From Planctomycetota bacterium (GTDB taxonomy: Bacteria; Planctomycetota; UBA11346): a stretch of DNA of 45,935 nt. Under the pieces are notes generated by a model. The model was not told where the DNA came from, ran no database searches, and saw only the letters and a program-made list of their open reading frames with translations. The DNA lies in assembly GCA_038231435.1 (NCBI GenBank), contig JBBRLJ010000041.1, forward strand, positions 1 to 45,935, read 5' to 3'. The translations under genes were made by a program, and so were the position numbers. Positions 19,467 to 27,223 of this stretch are shown one piece after another. The stretch's first letter is position 1. Every line of letters begins with the position of its first letter.

Positions 19467-20534
19467 TCAGTTCGCGTGGGCGGCTTTCGACGCTGTGGCG
19501 AGCAGCTCGCGCTTCAGGCGCTGCGCCCAGCACAACGCGCTGAGGTTCTGGTGCAGGTTGCCGTAGGCGTCCATGCGGTATTCGTCCTCGACCTCGATGA
19601 ACTCGGTGGAGAAGCGCGCGATCCCGCGCTCGGGATGGGTGATCTGGTGCGCGAATGCCTGGCGGTAGAGCTCGCGCCACGCGGCGGTGCGGCTTTCGTC
19701 CCAGGCTCCATGGAAGCGCAGCTGCCGCCTGCCCGGATCCGCGCCGGGCTCGCCCGCGGGATCCGCGAGCGGGTACTGGATCGAACCCTTCCCAGGAGCC
19801 AGGTCGTTCGGCACCGCACAGCGCAGGTGGCCGTAGCCGACCAGGCCCGCTGCGATGATGCGCGTGCTGATGATGTTGCCGGGATCGAAGGGATCCATGC
19901 GCAGCGCGCCCGAGCGCAGATCATCCCAGTTCGAGCCATGGCTGTTGCCGAGCTGGTGCACGTAATGCGAGAAGTCCGCGCCGACCTGCAGGCCGTACGC
20001 GCCCGAGCTGTCGGCGAGCAGGCGGTCGTGCACCGCGAGCAACCGGCGCGGATCGTAGGTGAAGCGGTTGATGTGGGTCTCGGTGAAGACGCCGATCGCG
20101 TACGGTTTCGCCAGGGCGTAGGCGGCGTGGTAGAAGTCCGCCAGGCGGTCGAGCGACGGTTCGGTGCGCGTCCCCCACACCTGCATGTTCAGCGCGGTCA
20201 CGGTGCCCGAGGCCGCGGCGCGATCGAGGTTCTGACGCAGGCGCTCGAGCGCGTCGGGCTGGCCCGGTCCACCGCCGACCATGTAGAAGTCGGTGAACTG
20301 CCGGTACGGCATGCCGAGATCGAGCGCGATCGCGCAGTTCTCGGGAGTCGAGCATCCTTCCAGGAAATCCACGCGCGCGAGCGGATCGAGCGCCCGCGCG
20401 GCGTCCTGGATCGCGCGCAGGTAGCCCGCGAAGCCCAGTTCCGGCGCGGATTCGAGCCCGCGCAGGTCTCCGCCGATGCCGAATTCAAGATTGGCTCCAC
20501 GCGCGGCGGTGGTCGTCGCGCCAGCGCTGCTCAT
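19467..20534 (-). CDS. Sugar-phosphate isomerase/epimerase-like TIM-barrel protein
   Basis: ETH..RFT, ADFSHY, H.R and TEF metal-ligand-like motifs. ATGA overlap with the upstream PhyH gene. Confidence 0.6.
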   Translation of the reverse strand: MSSAGATTTAARGANLEFGIGGDLRGLESAPELGFAGYLRAIQDAARALDPLARVDFLEGCSTPENCAIALDLGMPYRQFTDFYMVGGGPGQPDALERLRQNLDRAAASGTVTALNMQVWGTRTEPSLDRLADFYHAAYALAKPYAIGVFTETHINRFTYDPRRLLAVHDRLLADSSGAYGLQVGADFSHYVHQLGNSHGSNWDDLRSGALRMDPFDPGNIISTRIIAAGLVGYGHLRCAVPNDLAPGKGSIQYPLADPAGEPGADPGRRQLRFHGAWDESRTAAWRELYRQAFAHQITHPERGIARFSTEFIEVEDEYRMDAYGNLHQNLSALCWAQRLKRELLATASKAAHAN

Positions 20535-21346
20535 CGCGCGCTTCCGGCGAGCGCGGGCGTGCGCCACACCAGCGGATTCTCGGCTTCGTCGTCGAGCGAG
20601 TCGCCGATCTTCAGCCGCGCCAGGCGCTCGGCGGGCAGGATGTTGGCGTTGCCGTTGAAGGTCGAACCGATCGGCATGAAGCCGCAGGTCATCGCGCGGC
20701 GCCAGCGCGGAGTCATGTTGGGGCCGGCGCCATGGGCCGTGAGCCCGTTGTGGAAGCCGAGGGTGCCGGGCTTCATCGGCGCGGCCACCGGCTCGATCTT
20801 CGCTAGCTGCGGATACAGCTCGAACAAGCTGTCCATGTTCTGGCCGATGCCCACGTTGTCGAAGTTCACCAGATTGTGCGAGCCCGGCAGGTAGTACATG
20901 CAGCCGTTCTGCAACGTCGACTCGTCGAGCGCGATCCACACCGAGATGGCGTGGCGCGACGAGTACGACCAGTAGGGCACGTCGAGGTGCCAGCTGGTCG
21001 GGTTCGCCCACGGCTTCTTCTGCAGCGTCTGGTCGTGCCACACGCGCATGCCTTCGACGCCGGCGAGCTCGGTGGCCATGCGTCCGATCTCGGGCCCGAG
21101 CATGTAGCGTTTCACCGTCGGCTCGACCTTCCAGAGGTTGAGACGCTGGACGAAGACCTTGTCGTAGAACGAATCGCCGTCCTTCCAATCCGATCCGGCG
21201 AGCTTGGTGGTGCCCATGGTGGCCACGCCACGCTCGACCCCGGCGGCGAGCTCGGCGACCTCGGCGGGGGACAGCGCGTCTTCGATGACGATGAAGCCGT
21301 CACGCTGGTAGGAGGCGATCTGGGCGGCGGTGACGGTCGAGCGCAT
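20531..21346 (-). CDS. Phytanoyl-CoA dioxygenase (PhyH) family Fe(II)/2OG oxygenase
   Basis: YQRDGF, WHLD, WIALDESTLQNGCMYYLPGSH, HNGLTAHGAGPN, RRA. GGAGA upstream of the ATG. Confidence 0.92.
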   Translation of the reverse strand: MRSTVTAAQIASYQRDGFIVIEDALSPAEVAELAAGVERGVATMGTTKLAGSDWKDGDSFYDKVFVQRLNLWKVEPTVKRYMLGPEIGRMATELAGVEGMRVWHDQTLQKKPWANPTSWHLDVPYWSYSSRHAISVWIALDESTLQNGCMYYLPGSHNLVNFDNVGIGQNMDSLFELYPQLAKIEPVAAPMKPGTLGFHNGLTAHGAGPNMTPRWRRAMTCGFMPIGSTFNGNANILPAERLARLKIGDSLDDEAENPLVWRTPALAGSAR

Positions 21347-21440
21347 GGGGTGTCTCCGTTGGACAATATACGCCTATCAACCGCAGGTTTCTTGGATGAT
21401 ATTGATCCGCGATCTGGAGTGCATATACCTATCTGGAGCC

Positions 21441-22346
21441 ATGCAGATCTCCCACCTGCTCGTGAAGGATTGGCTCAACCGCTTGAATGGCATGGGCTTC
21501 GGGGTCCAGCACTTCCCCGCCTACGTGCGCCGGACGGAAGCCCTGCACACCCACGACGTGGTCGAGCTGAACTACGTGGTCTCGGGCTCCGGAACGCACC
21601 ACCTGGGCTCGCGGGCCTACCCCACCGGGCCGGGGTCGCTCGGCATCGTCCACTACACCCAGCCGCACGATATCGACATCGGCGGCGAACCGATGTCGGT
21701 CATCAACCTCTACCTGGATCTCGCGCGCTTCCAGCTGCCCGACCTGGGCGAGGAGCTGTCCAAACCGCTGTACCGCATCCTGCCCATGGACCCGAGCCTG
21801 CGCCACCAGCGCAACCAGTTCGTGCACCTCCAGTTCACGCCGGGTGGTGAGCAGGAGGCCCATCTGCACGCCATGCTCGCCGAACAGGAGCGCGCCGAGC
21901 CGGGCTACCGCGAGGCGATGCGCAGCCAGCTGCGGTTGTTCCTGATCGCCTGTGCGCGCCAGGCGCTGCGCCAGGACGCGTATCCGCTGCTCGCCGATGC
22001 TGCCGACGGAGGCGAGCGCTAACTGCGCATGGAGGAGCTGCGGCGCTCGCTGGATGCCGATCCGGCCCAGGCGGTCTCGCTCGCCGACCTCGCGGAACGA
22101 TTCGGCTGCAGCAAGCCGCACCTCTGCCGCGCGTTCAAACGCCACGCCGGGACCAGCATCCTCGGGTACCTGCTGCGCCAGCGCATCAACGCGGCGATGG
22201 TCGCGCTGCGGTCGTCGCGCGACAGCGTGCTGCAGGTCGCCATCGACTGCGGTTTCGCCGACCAGTCGTTCTTCAATCGCAAGTTCCGCGCGCTCGTCGG
22301 CATGACGCCCACCGATTACCGCGAGCGCGCCGGCGCGGGGCTATAA
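21441..22346 (+). pseudogene. AraC family regulator interrupted by an in-frame TAA at 22020-22022
   Basis: The cupin part (LHTHDVVELNYV) ends at the TAA. The same frame continues LRMEELRR... into an AraC HTH (VLQVAIDCGFADQSFFNRKFR...TPTDYR). Confidence 0.8.
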
Positions 22347-22358
22347 GTACGGGGGCTG

Positions 22359-22537
22359 TTTGTGCGGGGGCTCTGCCCCCGGTCCCCCACGACCTTTGTC
22401 GCCCTTACATCCTGGCCCCAGAGGCCAGGATGTTTGCGTGATGGGCTTTGCCCATTTTATCACGCAACCAGGACTCGGCGGTCGGCGAATCCGCCGCGGA
22501 TTGATGTCAGACCCTGTACAAGGAGCCCACGCACAAA
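22359..22537. repeat. Structured intergenic element, copy A (multi-hairpin, 15-bp imperfect terminal inverted repeat)
   Basis: TTTGTGCGGGGGCTC (22359-22373) versus GAGCCCACGCACAAA (22523-22537), 14/15 complementary. Internal hairpins are collinear with 45668-45885. Confidence 0.7.
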
Positions 22538-22575
22538 GTGCAGGATCGGGGCGATGGACGCGTTAGGATCGCGGC

Positions 22576-23223
22576 ATGACGGCGGTGCGCAGCGTGGGGT
22601 ATGGGGAGTCGGTCGAGGTGCCGACGCCTCCGGTGGGGTTGCGCGTGGTGCGCGAGGAGACGTGCGTGCGCATCGTCTCGGGGTTGCCGCGGCATCGCCT
22701 GTTGGCGGTGGGGTTGCTGATGCTGACGGTGCTCGCGGTGGCGACGGTCATCGCCGCGTGGAGCGTCCGACCAGATCACGTCGTCGCGCTGATAGCGTGG
22801 TGGACGATCGTGCCGGTGTCGGTGGCGGTGGCGCTGGTGTGTCCGCCGCTCGCGGCGCTGGCGTTGGCGATGCGCCGGGTGGTGGTGCTCACGCCCGGGG
22901 TGCTGGTGGTCCGCGAGGGCCTCGGTCGGCTGCGCAACGAGGGCAGCTGCCTGCGTTCGTCGGTGCGCACGGTCGATGCGGATCTCGCGCCAGACGGTTC
23001 GAGCATCTCGGTGCGCGTCGAGGCCGAGCTGTCGCCGACAGCGCTGCGGTTGCTCGGCGCCGATCCCGAATCCGTCAGGCTCGAGGACGACGAGACCGTG
23101 GTTGCGCTCCTGCCGGTGTGCAGCGGCGAGCGCCGCGAGGTCGGCGAGTTCCTCGGTCGCGTGATCGCCGACTGGGCCGAGGTGCCTTTCGCGCTCGACC
23201 CTGGCGGGGTCGGCTCATCGTAG
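22576..23223 (+). CDS. Hypothetical membrane protein
   Basis: 215 aa with two hydrophobic helices. AGGA upstream. Its stop lies 5 nt before the GH43 start. Confidence 0.55.
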   Translation: MTAVRSVGYGESVEVPTPPVGLRVVREETCVRIVSGLPRHRLLAVGLLMLTVLAVATVIAAWSVRPDHVVALIAWWTIVPVSVAVALVCPPLAALALAMRRVVVLTPGVLVVREGLGRLRNEGSCLRSSVRTVDADLAPDGSSISVRVEAELSPTALRLLGADPESVRLEDDETVVALLPVCSGERREVGEFLGRVIADWAEVPFALDPGGVGSS

Positions 23224-23228
23224 CTGAC

Positions 23229-24125
23229 ATGGCCGCTCCACCCGCCCGCGCCCGCGATCAGATCCAGATGCGCGATCCGTTCGTGCTGCCGGTGTCCGCC
23301 GAGCGCCGCTACTACCTCTTCGGCACCACCGACACCAACGCCTGGAGCGGGCTCGGCACCGGCTTCGATTGCTATGCCAGCGCGGATCTGCTCGCCTGGG
23401 AGGGACCGATCCCCGCGTTCCGCCCGCCGGCTGGATTCTGGGCCAATACCCAATTCTGGGCGCCGGAAGTGCACGTCTATCGCGGGCGCTGGTACATGTT
23501 CGCCAGCTTCGCGGGGCCCGGCCGGCGCCGCGGCACCCAGGTGCTGGTCGCTGACGCGCCGGCAGGCCCGTACCTGCCGCACAGCGATGGTCCGGTCACC
23601 CCTGGCGCGTGGGAATGCCTGGATGGATCGCTGCACATAGATGCGGCCGGCCGGCCGTGGATCGTCTACTGCCACGAATGGGTGCAGATCCGCGATGGTG
23701 GAATGTACGCGCAGCGCCTGGCCGACGACTTGTCGCGCGCCGTCGGCGAGCCGCTGCTCCTGTTCACCGCCTCGCAGGCACCGTGGACCAACGGCTTCCC
23801 GGATCCCCGCTCGCCCGGGATGAACTTCGTCACCGACGGACCGTTTCTGCACCGCGCCGCCGACGGCTCGCTGCTGATGCTGTGGTCCTCCTCGGGGCGA
23901 GAGGGCTACGCGATGGGCGTGGCGCGATCGACGGGCGGCGTCACCGGTCCGTGGTTCCACGCCGAACGGCCTGTTTTCGCCAAGGACGGCGGTCACGGCA
24001 TGCTCTTCCGCACCTTCGCCGGAGCGCTGATGATGACCCTGCATGCGCCGAACGACACTCCGCGCGAGCGCCCGTGCTTCATACCGGTGCGCGAGGTCGC
24101 GGGCGGATTGGTCATCGACGCTTAG
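23229..24125 (+). CDS. Glycoside hydrolase family 43 (five-bladed beta-propeller)
   Basis: MRDPFV, YYLFGT, WAPEV, CLDGSL, HEWVQ, VTDGPF, GGHGMLF. No signal peptide. Confidence 0.9.
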   Translation: MAAPPARARDQIQMRDPFVLPVSAERRYYLFGTTDTNAWSGLGTGFDCYASADLLAWEGPIPAFRPPAGFWANTQFWAPEVHVYRGRWYMFASFAGPGRRRGTQVLVADAPAGPYLPHSDGPVTPGAWECLDGSLHIDAAGRPWIVYCHEWVQIRDGGMYAQRLADDLSRAVGEPLLLFTASQAPWTNGFPDPRSPGMNFVTDGPFLHRAADGSLLMLWSSSGREGYAMGVARSTGGVTGPWFHAERPVFAKDGGHGMLFRTFAGALMMTLHAPNDTPRERPCFIPVREVAGGLVIDA

Positions 24126-24194
24126 CGGTCGAAGGGGCGATCCTCGGCGGCGATCCATTGCCTCGCGCGGCGCGGCGCGAAGGTATGCCCCTCC

Positions 24195-25841
24195 ATGAGC
24201 GACCAGACCGCAGTCTTGAACGCCGATCTAGCCCGTGAGACCTCGCGACGCCGGACCTTCGCGATCATTTCGCACCCCGATGCGGGGAAGACCACGCTGA
24301 CGGAGAAGCTGCTGCTGTATTCCGGCATGATCCGCACCGCAGGCATGGTGAAGAACCGCAAGGGCGGCAAGCTCGCGACCTCCGACTGGATGGCGATGGA
24401 GCAGGAGCGCGGCATCTCGATCACCTCGTCGGCGATGCAGTTCCAGTACAAGGGCGCGGTCATCAACGTGCTCGACACCCCGGGCCACCAGGACTTCAGC
24501 GAAGACACCTACCGCACGCTCACCGCGGCCGACAGCGCGATCATGGTCATCGATGCCGCCAAGGGTGTCGAGACCCAGACGCGCAAGCTCTTCGCGGTGT
24601 GCAAGCTGCGCGGCATCCCGGTGCTGACCTTCATCAACAAGCTCGACCTGCCCGGACGCGATCCGCTCGAGCTGATGACCGAGGTCGAGGAGGTGCTCGG
24701 CATCCAGGCCTCGGCGATGAACTGGCCGGTCGGCTCCGGGCGCGAATTCATCGGTGTCGCCGAGCGCGGCATGCTCTCGGCCGACGGCAGCCGCACCCTC
24801 ATGCTCTTCACCAAGACCGCCAAGGGCGGTGCGGCCAAGGCCGACATCGCCCGCCTGCCGCTCGATGGCGCCGAGGCGGCGACGGCGCTCGGCGACGAGC
24901 GCGCCAAGAAACTCCGCGACGAGCTCGAGATGCTCGAGATCGCTGGCAACCAGTTCACCCGCGAAGCCTTCCTCGCCGGCCAGGTCTCGCCGGTGTTCTT
25001 CGGCTCGGCGCTGACCAATTTCGGCGTCGAGCCGTTCTTCGACGCCTTTCTCGATCTCGCCCCGCCGCCCAGTCCGCGCCCGGCGAAGACGCTCGACGGC
25101 GTCGACATCGCGGTCGATCCCATCGCCGCGCCATTCAGCGCCTACGTCTTCAAGATCCAGGCGAACATGAATCCGAAGCACCGCGACAGCGTGGCCTTCG
25201 TGCGCATCTGCTCCGGGCGCTTCGAGCGCGACCTGGTGATCAAGCACTACCATCGCGGCGAGTTTGTGCGCGACGTGCGGTTGTCGCGGCCGCATACGCT
25301 GATGGCCCAGGAGCGCACCACGCTCGACGAGGCGTGGCCTGGCGATGTGGTCGGCCTGATCAATGCCGGCTTCGCGATCGGCGACACCCTGACCGCGGCG
25401 ACAGTGAAGATCGGATTCGAGCACAAGCCGCTGCCGCAGTTCCCGCCCGAGGTCTTCGCGCAGGTGATGCCGGCCGACCTCACCAAGCGCAAGCCCTTCG
25501 ACAAGGGCATGCTCCAGCTCGCGCAGGAGGGCGCTGTCCAGGTGCTGCGCTCATGGGACAATCCCCAGGCCGATCCCTTCATCGCCGCGGTCGGGCGCCT
25601 GCAGTTCGAGGTGCTGCAGTACCGGCTGAGGGACGAGTACAACGTCGAGACCACGTTGCGCCCGCTGCCATACCAGTGCAGCGGTTGGCTGGTCGGTGAT
25701 CCCGCGACCTTCAAGCCCACGCCGGGCACGCTGCTCGCGCGCGACGCGCGCGGCCGGGCGGTGGTGCTGCTGCCCAGCGAATGGGATAAGCGCTACTGCC
25801 TGGGGCAGAATCCCGGACATCAGATGGTGGAATACGCGTGA
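24195..25841 (+). CDS. prfC: Peptide chain release factor 3
   Basis: RRRTFAIISHPDAGKTTLTEKLLL, SDWMAMEQERGISI, DTPGHQDFSEDTYR, FKIQANMNPKHRD. Confidence 0.97.
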   Translation: MSDQTAVLNADLARETSRRRTFAIISHPDAGKTTLTEKLLLYSGMIRTAGMVKNRKGGKLATSDWMAMEQERGISITSSAMQFQYKGAVINVLDTPGHQDFSEDTYRTLTAADSAIMVIDAAKGVETQTRKLFAVCKLRGIPVLTFINKLDLPGRDPLELMTEVEEVLGIQASAMNWPVGSGREFIGVAERGMLSADGSRTLMLFTKTAKGGAAKADIARLPLDGAEAATALGDERAKKLRDELEMLEIAGNQFTREAFLAGQVSPVFFGSALTNFGVEPFFDAFLDLAPPPSPRPAKTLDGVDIAVDPIAAPFSAYVFKIQANMNPKHRDSVAFVRICSGRFERDLVIKHYHRGEFVRDVRLSRPHTLMAQERTTLDEAWPGDVVGLINAGFAIGDTLTAATVKIGFEHKPLPQFPPEVFAQVMPADLTKRKPFDKGMLQLAQEGAVQVLRSWDNPQADPFIAAVGRLQFEVLQYRLRDEYNVETTLRPLPYQCSGWLVGDPATFKPTPGTLLARDARGRAVVLLPSEWDKRYCLGQNPGHQMVEYA

Positions 25842-25896
25842 TAGCACGGGGTGCGGCGCGAGTGGTGCGGGGTGCGGCGACGAAGAGAGACGGCAC

Positions 25897-26361
25897 GTGA
25901 GTCGCTGCGTGATCTCGATCGTCAATCAGTCGGGGAGGAAGCCCGAGTTCGACCTCAAGAAGATCCAGGCGGTGGTCGACACCGCGCTCGCCGAGGATCG
26001 GCTCGACAACTGCATGCTGACCGTCTTGCTGGTCGAGGACTCGGAATGCGCGCGCCTCCATGCGAGCCACTTCGGCGATGACGAACCCACCGACGTCATG
26101 ACCTTTCCCGACGGCGCCACCGATCCGGAGAGCGGGCGCCGGCACCTGGGCGATCTGGCGGTCGGTGTGGACGTCGCCAGCCGCGTGGCGGCAGAGAAGG
26201 GCCGCGCCGAGGCCGACGAGGTCTGCCTCTACGTCCTGCACGGCGTGCTGCACCTGCTCGGCTACGACGACGAGGACGAACGCGATCTGGCCGAGATGTG
26301 GGGCGTACAGCGCCGCCTGCTCGCGACGGTCGGCATCGACCTCGAGGCCGAACCGGAATGA
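25897..26361 (+). CDS. ybeY: rRNA maturation endoribonuclease YbeY
   Basis: PTDVMTFP, LGDL, HGVLHLLGYD. The third His of the usual HGxLHLxGYDH motif is replaced by D. GTG start assumed. Confidence 0.85.
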   Translation: MSRCVISIVNQSGRKPEFDLKKIQAVVDTALAEDRLDNCMLTVLLVEDSECARLHASHFGDDEPTDVMTFPDGATDPESGRRHLGDLAVGVDVASRVAAEKGRAEADEVCLYVLHGVLHLLGYDDEDERDLAEMWGVQRRLLATVGIDLEAEPE

Positions 26362-26478
26362 CCTGGCTCGGATGATCCGGATGGGACAGCTCATGTGTCG
26401 GGGGGTGCGCGATCCGTCGTCGACAGCCGACGGCCAGACGGATTGGCGGGCAGCGGACGGCGTCCAAGCCGGGTCCGG

Positions 26479-27195
26479 ATGAAGCGGCTCGGCTGCCTGG
26501 TGGCGCTCTTCGGCCTGTTGCTCGGCTCGATGAGCGTGTTCCTCTTCGGCGCCGCGGTGTGGCGGCTGGTGCACCGCGACGACGGCATCGCCTACGCGAT
26601 CCCAGCCGGGGTGGCGGGCGAGGAGATGGACATCTCCGTGTCCCGGGACGTGGGGCATCGCCTGGTGTATCGCGCCCGGATCTCGTCGTCCGATGGGCGC
26701 AATCGCATCGATATGCAATGGCGCATCCGCGCGCGCGACGGACGGGTGATCATCGAGGGGACGGGCGCGGTCTCGAGCGATGACGGGAAGCCGACGCTCG
26801 GCCTCCCTGCCGAGGAGCCTGGAGCCCAGGTGCTGATCGAGCATCCGCTCGGCACCATTCCCGCTGGGGTGGACGGTGAGGTGAAGGCCTGGATCGCCGC
26901 GACGCCCGATACGGCAGGCGGAGCACGCATCGAGAGTGCTTGGCTGGTGGTGCGCGACGACGAGAGCGATCCAGGACGTCTCGCGCTGGGCGGAGCGGCG
27001 CTGATGGCGCTCGGACCGATGCTGGTGGCGATCGGCTTCGGGCTGCTGCTCTACGGCTTCATCGGTCGACGCAAGGCGCCAGCGGAGACGACCGCGCCAC
27101 CACCAGCGACACCAGCCGAGCCACCAGCCGAGGACGAGGCTGAGCCGGTGGATAAGCCCCGCCGGGCGAAGCGCCGCAAGCGGCCGGAGCCCTGA
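26479..27195 (+). CDS. Hypothetical protein with two TM helices and a Pro/basic tail
   Basis: N- and C-terminal hydrophobic helices flank a soluble domain. Confidence 0.6.
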   Translation: MKRLGCLVALFGLLLGSMSVFLFGAAVWRLVHRDDGIAYAIPAGVAGEEMDISVSRDVGHRLVYRARISSSDGRNRIDMQWRIRARDGRVIIEGTGAVSSDDGKPTLGLPAEEPGAQVLIEHPLGTIPAGVDGEVKAWIAATPDTAGGARIESAWLVVRDDESDPGRLALGGAALMALGPMLVAIGFGLLLYGFIGRRKAPAETTAPPPATPAEPPAEDEAEPVDKPRRAKRRKRPEP

Positions 27196-27223
27196 TACTC
27201 CGGCGAGTCCTGAAGGCGAAGCG

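Noticed and set aside
22020..22022. Stop-codon recoding (selenocysteine/pyrrolysine) in the AraC gene
   Set aside because: The codon is TAA, not TGA or TAG, and there is no catalytic rationale
22351..22540. Possible CRISPR array or tRNA in the hairpin-rich region
   Set aside because: No equally spaced direct repeats, no cas genes, and no TTC-loop or CCA tRNA consensus
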